Notes: generated by a model not told the origin, from the letters alone. Shown: positions 1 to 11,182, counted from the stretch's first letter. The stretch is DNA of 64,000 bases from Candidatus Methanomethylicia archaeon (GCA_038845975.1 JAWBQF010000007.1:30351-94350); one strand, 5' to 3'. Translations and numbers: made by a program.

Positions 1-6
1 GTTGAT

Positions 7-423
7 ATGGGGCTTGAAACAGCATATCTTAAGCCAAGTAGCCGAATTAAAGTTTATAGAACTGCATTGATTCTTAATAGTGCTGTTGAAATTATGAAGT
101 TTGAGCTTGTAGGTTTAGATGATGAGCTTTGGGCATGTGCAGATCTTAGCATTCAATCCATAAATGAGGGGGAGTTTAATGACACTATTGCTGCGTTATT
201 TATAGGTTTAACAACAATAGTTGTTAAGCTTGGCCTTGAGGAAAAGCTTAAAACTTCAATGTTTACAACACTAATTCAGATGTTAAAGGAAAGAATTGAA
301 AAAGGCTTTAAACCTGAAGATCTCCTTAACTTTCTTACTAGACGTGCAGGTATGGATGAGAAGCTGGCGAGGCAACTTATTATGGAAGCATCTGGTAGAC
401 AGCCACCAATAATGTATCGTTGA
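7..423 (+). CDS. hypothetical protein
   Basis: 138-aa ORF with typical composition; no motif recognised; upstream context cut off by the window edge. Confidence 0.55.
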   Translation: MGLETAYLKPSSRIKVYRTALILNSAVEIMKFELVGLDDELWACADLSIQSINEGEFNDTIAALFIGLTTIVVKLGLEEKLKTSMFTTLIQMLKERIEKGFKPEDLLNFLTRRAGMDEKLARQLIMEASGRQPPIMYR

Positions 424-443
424 ATTTAGATGTTCAAAAAGGT

Positions 444-836
444 TTAGGTTTGCTGTTCCGGAGAAGTTGCTTGAGATGGGGGTGGAATATAGGGCTGTGG
501 TGGTGTTGGTAGAGGCTTAACCTCATCTATAATTGTTTCAGTTAAGTATTTAATAAATGTTGCCGTATAGCCGAGGATAGCTATTAGAAATCCTATAAGC
601 ATAACAATTAAGCCAACCATAAATGTTGTTGAGGGAATTATTGAAGATATTGTTGTTGGCTCTATTATTGGATATTCCTCAGTCATTATCGATCGAAGAA
701 GTATCCTTGAACTTTCTCCAGTCATGAAGGCCCCTATCAGGACTATTATTCCTCCTATTATACCCCATATTATTGTAAATACTAGAATTAATACTGCTTG
801 CCTAAATGCTTTACTCCATGAAACCATATTAATCAA
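444..836 (-). CDS. hypothetical membrane protein, 2 TM segments, Pro-rich C-terminal tail
   Basis: Two long hydrophobic stretches; tail PLPTPPQPYIPPP; TATA-like TTTAAATA upstream. Confidence 0.65.
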   Translation of the reverse strand: MINMVSWSKAFRQAVLILVFTIIWGIIGGIIVLIGAFMTGESSRILLRSIMTEEYPIIEPTTISSIIPSTTFMVGLIVMLIGFLIAILGYTATFIKYLTETIIDEVKPLPTPPQPYIPPPSQATSPEQQT

Positions 837-918
837 GTATTAATCTACTAGACTTATTTAAATCTACCGTATTATGATGCTAATTTAGTGAAAACATTTA
901 AATATTTATAAATGTATT

Positions 919-1113
919 TTGATTGGGATTTGCTTGGTTGAAGTTTACAGATTTAAGAGGCAGAGTACTCATGAGCCTATGAAGGAGGCTTGGAATCGTC
1001 TTGTAGACTTTCTAGTTACAAATAAGCTTCTTAATGAGAAGATAGATATATCTTTTGAATACGATATTAACAATGGACTTCACAGCTATGTATTAAGGGT
1101 TTGGAGGTCGTAA
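919..1113 (+). CDS. small hypothetical protein
   Basis: 64-aa ORF downstream of TTTATAAA (907-914); true start may be the TTG at ~934. Confidence 0.45.
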   Translation: MIGICLVEVYRFKRQSTHEPMKEAWNRLVDFLVTNKLLNEKIDISFEYDINNGLHSYVLRVWRS

Positions 1114-1547
1114 TATCATTTTTCCATTTTCATTGTAAACAAACCAATATCAAGCTCTCCATAACTAAACTAGAGATCTGAGTAACTTACACTATGGAGT
1201 TCATAGATTTCATCTTTTCTAAGATTCGTGAAGTCTTATTGCTAATATTATAAAGCAATGTATTGAAGACCATATTAAGCCCATGTGGCTCAGAACCTCT
1301 TTTAGATATGTCCATTTGGCTTACTTAATTCACTATATCGTCTTAAATATTTCTCGTAGCATCATATGAATACACCGGAAGCTAATGGTTTACTAATACT
1401 CTATGGACTTAAGTATTAGAATATGTAGTTGAAGATTTTAGATCCATAATTCTTATTGTTCTGTTAACTTAAGTCATAAACTACAAGTCTGGGATTTAAA
1501 AACTTTCCATCATAGTCAGATTTAAATATTTGTATTGTTAACTTCTC

Positions 1548-2843
1548 ATGGTATTTATGACTGGGCTTATGATAGCTGCTAGAAGTGGTAGTACTCCAGA
1601 GGAGGTTGTAGAAGTTGCACGTATTGAGGGATTATCACCAGATGTACTACGTCAGAGGCTCTCACGTGGAGTAGTTGTAATTCCTAAGAATAGTCTTGCA
1701 AGGAATAGAAGAATAGTTGGTATAGGTGAGGGTTTAAGAACTAAGGTTAATGTTAATATTGGAACCTCTACTTTTCATGTAGATCTTGGAATGGAACTGG
1801 AAAAGGTTAAGATAGCGCTTAAATATGGTACTGATACGTTAATGGATCTTAGTGTAGGTGGAGATCTAAAATATATTAGAAGGGAAATTCTTAAAATTTT
1901 AGATGTTCCATTTGGAACAGTTCCAATATATCAAGCATACATGGAGTCTGTAAGAAAACATCATTCAGGCATTGATATGAGCGAGGATGATGTCTTCAGA
2001 GTTCTTGAAGAACATTATAGAGATGGAGTTGACTTTGTAACTGTTCATGTCGGTTTAACACGTGAACTTGCTGAGAAAACTGTTAAGATAGGACGTAGAA
2101 CAGGAATTGTAAGTAGGGGCGGTGCAATACTTGCGGCATGGATGCTACATAATGAACAGGAAAACCCACTATATAAAAACTATGATTATCTTCTTGAACT
2201 TTCAGCTCAATACGATGTTGTTTTAAGTTTAGGTGATGCTTTAAGACCCGGATCAATTATGGATTCTCATGACTACCCTCAAGTTGCAGAAATGATTAAT
2301 GTTTCACAGCTAGTCAAGAGGGCCTGGGAGAAGGGGGTTCAAGTAATGGTTGAAGGACCTGGACATTTACCAATAAATCAAATTGCTGCAAATGTAAGGC
2401 TTGAAAAGTCTCTATGCCATGGTGCTCCATACTATGTTCTCGGTCCTCTAGTAACTGATATTGCAGCAGGCTATGATCATATAGCTGCAGCTATAGGTGC
2501 TGCCCTAGCTGCAGCTGAAGGAGCTGATCTAATATGTTATCTTACACCTGCAGAACATCTTTCACTACCTACGCCTGAAGATGTTAAAGATGGACTTATA
2601 GCTGCTAAGATAGCAGCACACGCAGGGGATATTGTAAAACTTGGAGAGAAAGCGTTAAGGATTGATATTGAAATGTCTAGTGCTAGAGCTAAGCTTGATT
2701 GGGAAACAATGTATAAATTATCTCCAGATCCCCAGCTTGCAAGAGATAAACATAAGAAGTTTAAGGAAGTTGATGTAGGACCATGTACTATGTGTGGTGA
2801 TATGTGTGTCTATGTAATACTCAATAGGTTTAGAGGTGCTTAA
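1548..2843 (+). CDS. thiC: phosphomethylpyrimidine synthase ThiC
   Basis: Motifs [53 protein letters not shown]; C-terminal CTMCGDMC cluster ligands. Confidence 0.97.
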   Translation: MVFMTGLMIAARSGSTPEEVVEVARIEGLSPDVLRQRLSRGVVVIPKNSLARNRRIVGIGEGLRTKVNVNIGTSTFHVDLGMELEKVKIALKYGTDTLMDLSVGGDLKYIRREILKILDVPFGTVPIYQAYMESVRKHHSGIDMSEDDVFRVLEEHYRDGVDFVTVHVGLTRELAEKTVKIGRRTGIVSRGGAILAAWMLHNEQENPLYKNYDYLLELSAQYDVVLSLGDALRPGSIMDSHDYPQVAEMINVSQLVKRAWEKGVQVMVEGPGHLPINQIAANVRLEKSLCHGAPYYVLGPLVTDIAAGYDHIAAAIGAALAAAEGADLICYLTPAEHLSLPTPEDVKDGLIAAKIAAHAGDIVKLGEKALRIDIEMSSARAKLDWETMYKLSPDPQLARDKHKKFKEVDVGPCTMCGDMCVYVILNRFRGA

Positions 2844-3332
2844 ATGAACCTACTTAAGATATGGGTTAAAACATCTCAACTCCATAATGCAGATATAGTA
2901 ATCTTTGGTGAATGTGTAAGATTTATTAATTCAGAAATATTTGAGAAGCTTTCTAGAAACCATGTTGTTTTAACCTATTGTCCTGAGGCTGAAGGATCAC
3001 TATCGTATGGTAAAATAGCATCAATAATTAGATCAAGTAAGCCGAAAAGCATACGGATAGTTACCATAGATGGGTCCCCTCACTGCTTCACCTTACATAC
3101 AGCGCTTAACGAGGCTTTATACATTTTAAATGAGGATATTGATAGGGAACACTACGTACTAGTAGATGGAAAGGATCTTGTTAAAATATCACCGGATACT
3201 GTAAGGATTGCTAGGTATCTACATATTGTTGATGATCTTCTAAAGAAGAATCCTGAAGCATTATCTGACTTGATTGGTCATAGTTTAGAATATAAATATG
3301 CTTATGAAAAACTTAAACCTAAACTATCTTAA
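2844..3332 (+). CDS. putative Fe-S/metal-binding protein (domain type often found next to hcp)
   Basis: Cys motifs GEC, YCPE, DGSPHC; ATG immediately follows the thiC stop. Confidence 0.6.
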   Translation: MNLLKIWVKTSQLHNADIVIFGECVRFINSEIFEKLSRNHVVLTYCPEAEGSLSYGKIASIIRSSKPKSIRIVTIDGSPHCFTLHTALNEALYILNEDIDREHYVLVDGKDLVKISPDTVRIARYLHIVDDLLKKNPEALSDLIGHSLEYKYAYEKLKPKLS

Positions 3333-3401
3333 CCTGATCATTAAGATATGGTAATTGATAAAATAAATTTATGATTATTCTGAATCATTTAAGTATTGAT
3401 T

Positions 3402-3929
3402 CTAGGATTCTATTTTAGGTATACTTAATATATGTTTCTCCTCCTTCATTACTTCCATTACGGCTTTCCATATTCTGTCATTTATGTGATGTATGTTTCT
3501 AGCTATTTTACCTTTCCTCACCTTCAGCATCTCATCCCAATTCTTTAAAACCTTAACTATTGCTAACGGTATATTCTTTGATTGTTCAGCTACTACTGCT
3601 ACTTTCCCTTCAGCTAATTGACCAATTACTTTTACTACTCCTGGAGCCATTAAGTCAGCACCGTTAATTATATGGGGAACTGCTCCATGATTAACCCATA
3701 TAACCGGTAGTTTAAACAAGTTACATGAGAAAAGTGATGGAATATATTCATTATCTACCTCAATTATAATGGGTTTGCTGTCCATTAGGTATAGTTTTTC
3801 CCCACTTCTTAACTCTAAGTATTCTAGGCTTCCCTCAAGCGTTAATATGAGGTCAATACTAGCTAGCATTTCAGAAAACTCTCTTACAGCTTTCTTACTT
3901 AGTTTAAACCTTTTCCTAATTAGACTCAT
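3402..3929 (-). CDS. PUA-domain RNA-binding protein (DUF1947/MCT-1-like)
   Basis: PUA signature GAVPHIINGADLMAPGV; C-terminal HHINDRIW. Confidence 0.9.
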   Translation of the reverse strand: MSLIRKRFKLSKKAVREFSEMLASIDLILTLEGSLEYLELRSGEKLYLMDSKPIIIEVDNEYIPSLFSCNLFKLPVIWVNHGAVPHIINGADLMAPGVVKVIGQLAEGKVAVVAEQSKNIPLAIVKVLKNWDEMLKVRKGKIARNIHHINDRIWKAVMEVMKEEKHILSIPKIES

Positions 3930-4035
3930 AACACCATTAATAAGACTACAATATTAAATTTACGCTTTTAACCCTTACACTTATAATAAACGTATTAAGT
4001 AGACTTTTTGGAAAACCTTGATTACATTATTATTT

Positions 4036-4590
4036 CTAGATTACCATGATTGCTCCTGTATTGTTTCTATGTCTAGTTCTTTTCTCTTTGTATGCTTCCT
4101 TTATCATGTTTACTCCTATAACTTTTCTTCCCGCTCTCTACCTATTATTTTCTCTATACTTTACATTTCCAGTTAGACGTTCAACATCATCTATTTCTAT
4201 TAGGATTTTAACCTCTATGTTTTCATTATGAACATATAGGTATAAATCTATTCTAATCTTTCTTAAAGTATCTACTAAGAACATTAACCATAATCGGCTT
4301 AAATACCATAAATCTTCCAATACATACCTATAAACACCTGAAATTATCCTCTCTGAATCTACTTTAAGTCTCCTAGTAATGCTGCTAACTTAAACCTATT
4401 ACTATGTTTAAGCAATGTAGTTTCCACAATTCCAAATTTCTTACTAAAACTTTCAAATCTTCCTTCATGTATGTTACTAACGATTTCGCTACTTCAGTTA
4501 TTATACGTGTTTCTCTAGTTTTTAGCTTCCTTTACAGTCTTCTTAATTATTTCTCCACACCCTTCCATGCAACCTTGGTTTAATAGACAT
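4036..4590 (-). pseudogene. fragmented PD-(D/E)XK-type (DUF3782-like) nuclease-domain gene
   Basis: Fragments across several minus frames: SERIISGVYRYVLEDL..IDLY..VHNENIEVK..IEIDDVER..GRKVIGVN..KEAY..KELDIETITGAI; TTTATAAG upstream. Confidence 0.4.
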
Positions 4591-5054
4591 AATTCTACAA
4601 CATAGGTCACTTATAAACCTACTAACTAGCATAAATTACAAAACTCAACAGAGAAAGTAGGCTAACAAGTAGTGGCATATTCTTTGCTTCTAAGATGTAA
4701 GCCGTGAAAGATGAAGAAGCCGCTGATGGATTGCTAAGCTATGAACCATTATTAAATCTCCAGCTGTGTGGAGAGTAATAAGGAGCCTTATAGTTTTTAG
4801 TTTATAGTAGTTTTAAATTCTTAGAGCCCAAATTACTGTGCCTGCGGTTTCAGATTCGTATTGTTTACTATTAGCTTAATTAAGTTTCATTTAGAGCTAT
4901 AGTTCTTCTAGGAGGTTCTATGATTAATATTTATCTTCCTCTAAGCTTATTATCCTATTAACAGCTGTATTAGAGATCTTATAAACTTCAAATAATACCT
5001 TAAACCTTTCTTAAATTAGACATTTAATATAGAAGACTATATCGATATCTTAAC

Positions 5055-5081
5055 ATTCAATGGAATTTTATTCCATTGAAT
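5055..5081. repeat. perfect inverted repeat, 12-bp arms, 3-nt spacer
   Basis: ATTCAATGGAAT-TTT-ATTCCATTGAAT, 60 bp past the GGPP synthase stop. Confidence 0.8.
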
Positions 5082-5140
5082 ACAATCCTATGAAATCTCT
5101 AACATAGAGGGATAAAAATCTATGAGCTGCATAATGGTCA

Positions 5141-6166
5141 CTAGTATTCTCGGTATAGTATTAAGTCTGCAAGTTTAAGAAGTGTTTGTTTTGCATCTGT
5201 ATCTGGAAGTATCTTTAAGCTTTCTTTAGCCTTCTTAACATAGGATAGACCAAAGCTGTATGCCTCCTCCTTTACTCCTTTAGATTCCAGTATTTCAATT
5301 ATTTTTACTACATCATTATAATCTACGTAATCCCTTCTAAGAGTATTGAAGATTATATTAGCTTCATTGGGGAAATTCTTTACATATAGTAGAAGAACTA
5401 TGTTTCCAAGCTTATGCTCAATAATGTCTTTACCTACCTTCTTCCCTATTTTTCTCTCTTCACCAAATAGATCAATTATATCATCAGCTACTTGAAAAGC
5501 TATACCGATATTAATACCGTAGCTACCTAGAGCATTAATAAAGTCTTCCTTAGCATCTGCAACTATAGCTCCGGCCATACAGCATGCTTTAAGTAATGCG
5601 CCGGTTTTACATTTAACCATCTCAATATATTCATTAATGCTAACATATTGTCTTCTATGTTTAGCTATGTACTCATCATTTCTTCCAGTCTGTTCAAAAA
5701 GTACGTCGAGTCTCTCACCTTCAACAAGAGCTTTTATAGTTTCAGCTACAAGCTTATGAAGACGGATAGAGTTTTTTGAGTTGTTTAAAGCCTCAGTTAT
5801 GGCTTCTCTATAGTGTATAGCTGCTAGAATAGCCATGGTATCACCATACCTTTTCCTTGTGGTTGGTTTACCACGTCTTAGTTCACCACGATCAATTATA
5901 TCATCGAATATGAGGGAGTAGTTATGTATAAGCTCCATAGCTGCAGCTACTGGAAATACGTCTTCAATCCTTCCATTACAGGCCTTACATGACAATATAA
6001 CTAGAGCAGGTCTAATCCTCTTACCGCCTGCTTTAACTTGATGTAATACAACTTCCTTAAACTCCTCGGAGGTATTGCTTACGAGGTATTTCTCAATTAA
6101 GAACTCTACTTGAGCTCCTATAGATGAAATTTCATCCAGTAGATCCATAATGATGGAGAGAAACAA
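5141..6166 (-). CDS. idsA: polyprenyl diphosphate (geranylgeranyl-PP) synthase
   Basis: GGKRIRP, first Asp-rich motif DDIID..RRG, KTG, second motif FQVADDIID; probable start 6148. Confidence 0.93.
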   Translation of the reverse strand: MFLSIIMDLLDEISSIGAQVEFLIEKYLVSNTSEEFKEVVLHQVKAGGKRIRPALVILSCKACNGRIEDVFPVAAAMELIHNYSLIFDDIIDRGELRRGKPTTRKRYGDTMAILAAIHYREAITEALNNSKNSIRLHKLVAETIKALVEGERLDVLFEQTGRNDEYIAKHRRQYVSINEYIEMVKCKTGALLKACCMAGAIVADAKEDFINALGSYGINIGIAFQVADDIIDLFGEERKIGKKVGKDIIEHKLGNIVLLLYVKNFPNEANIIFNTLRRDYVDYNDVVKIIEILESKGVKEEAYSFGLSYVKKAKESLKILPDTDAKQTLLKLADLILYREY

Positions 6167-6193
6167 AGTATTTAAAGCTTAACTCAACTATTT

Positions 6194-7066
6194 ATGGATT
6201 ATATGAAGACACTATACATGAAACACATAATACCTATTTTGGTATCTATATTGATGAGTTGGGGGTTTACATTTATAATTCAGCTCTCTAATCTTCCATC
6301 GCCAACACCTATTATAACACCATATCCTGAACCTGAACCTACAACACCACCAGTTGAAGCACTTACTAGACTAGAACCATACTATAATGCCTTAATCTTT
6401 ACTGGAGTAATAGCAGTAGGTGGATTGATTGTCTACTTCATCGTTAAGATTAGGAGAAAGCTTTTAAGAAGCCTACTTATTATCTCATATATTATAAGTG
6501 GTTTTGGAATTTGTTATCTATACAACATAATGATATTTAGCATTATCACAATAAATATAGATAGAGGTATTTTAGAAACTTTACTTATTACTATACCGGT
6601 AATTGAAACTATTGTGATGGTGTATCTTATATTTCATGTTAAGGGGTTTCTTCAAGCAGTCAGTATGATAATTTTCGGTACAGCTGCAGGATCATGGATT
6701 GGATCTACATTAAACGTATGGTCAACAATACTACTACTCATAATGCTTTCAATATATGATATTGTAGCGGTATATAGAGGACCTATTAAGGCCATAGTTG
6801 AAGATAATCCTAAGGACCTTACGGGACTCGTAGTAATGTTTAAAGAGATAAACATAGGACTAGGAGATATTGTATTTTACTCTCTGACACAATCCTTCTC
6901 AATAATAAACTACGGATACATGCCAGCATTAGGAGTATCTTTTGGATTAATTGTAGGATTCTACATAACAGTAATAATAGCAGAGAGAACTAAAAAGCCA
7001 GTACCTGCTCTTCCAGCATCACTAATTCTTGCCCTTATAATCATTCAAACACTAAGGTTAATCTAA
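6194..7066 (+). CDS. presenilin-family intramembrane aspartyl protease
   Basis: About 9 TM segments with YD, GLGD and PALP motifs. Confidence 0.9.
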   Translation: MDYMKTLYMKHIIPILVSILMSWGFTFIIQLSNLPSPTPIITPYPEPEPTTPPVEALTRLEPYYNALIFTGVIAVGGLIVYFIVKIRRKLLRSLLIISYIISGFGICYLYNIMIFSIITINIDRGILETLLITIPVIETIVMVYLIFHVKGFLQAVSMIIFGTAAGSWIGSTLNVWSTILLLIMLSIYDIVAVYRGPIKAIVEDNPKDLTGLVVMFKEINIGLGDIVFYSLTQSFSIINYGYMPALGVSFGLIVGFYITVIIAERTKKPVPALPASLILALIIIQTLRLI

Positions 7067-7174
7067 TACTAAATCCAGCTATAATCTCTAAACCGTTAGT
7101 AGCTTAACATTATAGTATTAAACACACTATCCCTTAACATAATAATTTATAAGCATGGTTAACATCTTTAATCA

Positions 7175-7780
7175 ATGAGGATCTATAAGTGTACTTTAGG
7201 TAGTAGTAAGGTAGTAAAGCTTATTGTCGGTGGCCTACATGGTAATGAAGGTAAAATTATAGGCCCAATTCTAGAAAAGCTTAAACACATGAATTTAAAG
7301 ATTAATGGTAAAGTTATTCTTGTTCCATGTATTTCCCACGGTGAGAAATATGTAAGTACTCTAAGTAGAAAGTACTACAAGACAAAAGCTGGAAGAAGAC
7401 TGCTTAAACTCATAGAAATGTTTAAGCCAAACATATATGTTGAGATTCACTGCTATAAAAGATCAGCCTATGAAAAACTTACAGATCCCTTTAGAAGATT
7501 CAGTATGGGGATACCTCCATTACTAAGTCTTGATGATGGAGTACTTATAGGTGCAGCTTTACCTCAACTCTTTAAAGCACATATGTTTGACTTAGGGCTT
7601 GTAATTGAGAAGACATGTAAAAAGGGGGGTGAAGAAACAATACTTAACATTTTGAAAATTATAGTTGAGATACCTGAATACTTAGAGATAACTTCAAAAC
7701 TAAGCTTAAAATATCCAAAGCAAATCTCAAAAATAATAGCATATCATAGCCTAATAAAATCGAAAGTTAGGAATATGTAA
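7175..7780 (+). CDS. DUF2119 family protein (M14-like metallohydrolase fold)
   Basis: GGLHGNEG, YVSTL..YY, YVEIHCY, GIPPL. Confidence 0.8.
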   Translation: MRIYKCTLGSSKVVKLIVGGLHGNEGKIIGPILEKLKHMNLKINGKVILVPCISHGEKYVSTLSRKYYKTKAGRRLLKLIEMFKPNIYVEIHCYKRSAYEKLTDPFRRFSMGIPPLLSLDDGVLIGAALPQLFKAHMFDLGLVIEKTCKKGGEETILNILKIIVEIPEYLEITSKLSLKYPKQISKIIAYHSLIKSKVRNM

Positions 7781-7828
7781 ATACTATATATAGTTAAAAG
7801 TTATAAGCTAGCTCTTCACCGTAAACTT

Positions 7829-8671
7829 ATGGAGCTAGCTAGAAATCTATGGTATCTATGTAAGCCAAGAGTACTACTAGCTATAGCTTCACTTGCAGTT
7901 ATAGCATATCTAAAGGCTTCAAGATTTCAAGTACTATTAAACTATGAAGTATTGATGTCTACTATAGCTCTTTTCTGCGGTGTTGGTGGTGCTAATGCTC
8001 TTAACAACTATATTGATAGGGATATTGATGTATTAATGGCGAGAACTATGAGAAGACCAATACCATCAGGTAAGATTAAGCCTAAGCTAGCACTATCATT
8101 TAGTTTATCTCTAATACTTACATCGCTAATTGCTGCATACTCAGCAGGTATTGTTACGTTTTCACTTCTCATATTAGGATTATTAAGCTACATTGTAGCC
8201 TACACAATCATAGCTAAGAGGAAAACAACCTTAAACATAGTTACTGTTCTACCCTCTATAGCATGCCCTATTTGGGGTGGATGGTGGATAGGTAAGGGAA
8301 TGCTGAATTTTGAAGGGTTTATGCTTGGATTAGTGATTATGAGTTGGGGAGTCCTACACCTATGGGCTTTATCCTTTGCCTTTTCAAAAGACTACGTAAG
8401 AGTAAATGTTCCAATGCTACCAGCTATAGTAAGTAGAAGTAAGGCTAAATGGCATATTACTATTTCATCTACAATACTTATAATATTGGCTTTAACTATG
8501 AGTATATATGTAAGCTTAGCATATACATTATCAGTTTCAATATTAAGTATGGCAATGCTATATTTAGTAGCTAAATTTATAATAATGCCAACACCTAGAA
8601 AAGCATGGCTAATATATAAGTATACTTCTCCATATATTCTATTAGTATTACTAGTATATCTTTTCAGTTAA
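7829..8671 (+). CDS. cyoE: protoheme IX farnesyltransferase (heme O synthase), copy 1
   Basis: KPR, UbiA/CyoE motif NNYIDRDID..M.RT..RPIPSG, H.W.L....DY..VNVPMLP. Confidence 0.88.
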   Translation: MELARNLWYLCKPRVLLAIASLAVIAYLKASRFQVLLNYEVLMSTIALFCGVGGANALNNYIDRDIDVLMARTMRRPIPSGKIKPKLALSFSLSLILTSLIAAYSAGIVTFSLLILGLLSYIVAYTIIAKRKTTLNIVTVLPSIACPIWGGWWIGKGMLNFEGFMLGLVIMSWGVLHLWALSFAFSKDYVRVNVPMLPAIVSRSKAKWHITISSTILIILALTMSIYVSLAYTLSVSILSMAMLYLVAKFIIMPTPRKAWLIYKYTSPYILLVLLVYLFS

Positions 8672-8743
8672 ATAATACATACTATAATGACTTATACTAA
8701 CAGTGTAAATAAAAAATATTTAAAAACTTAATAAGTATGAATA

Positions 8744-9301
8744 TTGATACTTATAAGTTATATGTTTGAGCTATCTACACCAGGATTAATAGATATTATT
8801 TTAACAATTGTGATAGTTCCATTATCAGTTGCTGTTATAACGCTTGCAGTATTGTTTACAAGGTTTTTTAAGAAAACCCCATTTGAAAAACCCTGGAAAA
8901 TACTGTTTATAATTCCGGTTTTTCTATTTCTTATAACGTTAATGGATCCTATTGGTAAAGCCTTAAACATATATGGAGAAATATATTATAATCTAAGACT
9001 TTTTATACTCTGCATATCAATGTTTATGTTTCTATATAGTCTCTATAATTTCTATCAAGTCCTTGCATACGTTCAACCCTATACTGGAGCTGTTGTAATT
9101 AAGTATGAGAATCCTAATCGAAGCTATAAATCTAATCCATATCAGGAGAGGGAGAGAATATCTATAGGTAGAGATATTTATGAAGAACTTAAAAAGCTTG
9201 CTGAGGAGAGGGGAATGACTATAAACCAGTTTGTTTATAGTGTAATTGTTCCTGAATGGCTGAAGCAAAGAGAGTGGAGACAATACACTAGTAAAACTTA
9301 A
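8744..9301 (+). CDS. membrane protein (3 TM) with C-terminal ribbon-helix-helix-like domain
   Basis: Hydrophobic N-terminal half; C-terminal RISIGRDIYEELKKLAEERGMTINQFV fits the CopG/RHH pattern. Confidence 0.6.
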   Translation: MILISYMFELSTPGLIDIILTIVIVPLSVAVITLAVLFTRFFKKTPFEKPWKILFIIPVFLFLITLMDPIGKALNIYGEIYYNLRLFILCISMFMFLYSLYNFYQVLAYVQPYTGAVVIKYENPNRSYKSNPYQERERISIGRDIYEELKKLAEERGMTINQFVYSVIVPEWLKQREWRQYTSKT

Positions 9302-9333
9302 ATCCCGGTTTTTATGTCGTAATCTGAAGTAAT

Positions 9334-10698
9334 GTGAATAAATATTTGGGTCTAACTAGGATAAAAGCTCTTAAAATATCACTTCTAGCTGTTTCCACAA
9401 TTGTAATTGTTGAGTTTATATCAGGATTTCTGCTGAATAGCTTAGCGTTGGTTAGTGATGCAATGCATGCATTATTTGATGCATTTACAACCTTTATACT
9501 TCTCGTAACGGCAAGAATAAGCTTAAAGCCTGCAGATGAGGATCATTCTTACGGTCATGGAAAATATGAAGCTATAGGAGGATTTATTGGAGGAATTATA
9601 CTTCTAGGAGTTACAGTAACTATAGGTTTCAACGCCTTAGAGAGGATTTTATTAGGAATTAAGCCTTTAGAGCCAGGATTTATAGGATTTGGTGCTGTTC
9701 TATATGCTTTCTCTATACATTTAATAAGAGTATTTATATTAAATCCAGGAAGATTCCGTGAAAGCTATATTATTAGAGCAGATTTTATCCATGCATTCTC
9801 TGATCTATTTTCAACAGTTATAGCTTTTATAGGCTTAATTCTTGTAAACTATAACTTAAAAATTAGTGATGCTATTGCTGGAATGGTTTTATCAGTTCTA
9901 TTATTGTTTGCTAGCTTAAGACTTATACGGTCTACAATCCTCGACCTAACCGATACAGTACCTAAATCAACATATAGAAAGGTGTTATCAACAATACTTA
10001 AAGATAATAGCATTACTGAGCTTAAAAGCTTAAAAATGAGGAAAATAGAATCTAAATATTTCATTGAGGCGATAGTTACTTTAAGAAATGGATTAACATT
10101 TGAGAAGGCACATGAGGTAAGCATGAGAATAGAAGAATCTATTAGAAAAATTCTGGGAGAAGCTGAAGTAACAATACATATGGAGCCTAAGAATAGTGAA
10201 AACTTAATATCAAAAATTAAAAGCATAGCTTTAGAGCATGATGAAGTTAAGGGAGTACATAATGTAAAAGCTATATGTACAAGTAGAGGAGTGAATGTAA
10301 GCCTTCATGTTGAGTTTGATCCTGAGACATCTCTTGAAAAAGCACATAAAACAGCGGAGGCAATAGAGGAAAAAATACATAAATACATAGATAAAGTAGT
10401 AACGGTAACAATACATATTGAACCTAGTATTAATAGAGTTTTTGATGAGGAACATGCAAGGGAAGATTTAGAACTAGTAGAAACTGTTAGAAGAATAATT
10501 TTAAAACATCCTGAAGTAAGGGGAATAAATAGAGTAGTAGCATTTACATATATGGGAAGAAAATACATCAACATATCATTCTTCCTAAATAGCGATCTTA
10601 AGCTTAATGAAGCACACAACATAACTACAAAAATAGAAAGAGATATTAAAAGAAGGATACGTAGCTCAGAGGTAACAATACATTCAGAACCACTATGA
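9334..10698 (+). CDS. cation diffusion facilitator (FieF-like) with three cytoplasmic ZT-dimer-type domains
   Basis: SLALVSDAMHALFD, KPADEDHSYGHGKYE, HAFSD; three repeats of AH...IE....V.IH.EP. Confidence 0.92.
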   Translation: MNKYLGLTRIKALKISLLAVSTIVIVEFISGFLLNSLALVSDAMHALFDAFTTFILLVTARISLKPADEDHSYGHGKYEAIGGFIGGIILLGVTVTIGFNALERILLGIKPLEPGFIGFGAVLYAFSIHLIRVFILNPGRFRESYIIRADFIHAFSDLFSTVIAFIGLILVNYNLKISDAIAGMVLSVLLLFASLRLIRSTILDLTDTVPKSTYRKVLSTILKDNSITELKSLKMRKIESKYFIEAIVTLRNGLTFEKAHEVSMRIEESIRKILGEAEVTIHMEPKNSENLISKIKSIALEHDEVKGVHNVKAICTSRGVNVSLHVEFDPETSLEKAHKTAEAIEEKIHKYIDKVVTVTIHIEPSINRVFDEEHAREDLELVETVRRIILKHPEVRGINRVVAFTYMGRKYINISFFLNSDLKLNEAHNITTKIERDIKRRIRSSEVTIHSEPL

Positions 10699-11182
10699 GA
10701 TTCATATATTTGCACTACCTTTACTAAAGCGTGTTAAAGTATTAATTTAGATACTTCACAACACCTATAAACTATTCCTAGCTTCCATTTCTTAACTGGG
10801 GCTTCGCATTTTCAGTCACATCTACTAGCCTAAGGATAAAAGCTCCTTCATTCCATAAATCTCATTAAGATATAAACTATATTTATTTATACATGTGTTC
10901 AGATCTTTGCCATCTAACCTATTCTGCAAGAGAACATCCCTAGTAATTACTATGCTCTGAAACATTTAAACCTATCAACATCTCAGAGCTAAGCTCTAGA
11001 TTTTCTTGTCGGTTTTTATAAGAAACATTTACAACTTCTATGCTAAGTTTAGAAATAGGAATTAGTTTACATTAAATTCACAGTACTATTTTTAATATTT
11101 AAACTATGTATTATACATCATGTAAACATTTAAACTGCATAGAGCTTATATTACTTTATCAATAGCTGCTTCTCCACTAACA

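Noticed and set aside
1114-1547. TPP riboswitch upstream of thiC
   Set aside because: No CTGAGA...ACC...CTGAT core in the expected arrangement; the TATA box lies close to the start codon
4701-4770. Second C/D-box sRNA (ATGAAGA...CTAA...ATGAACC...CTGT)
   Set aside because: C', D' and D boxes are all degenerate and there is no clear promoter
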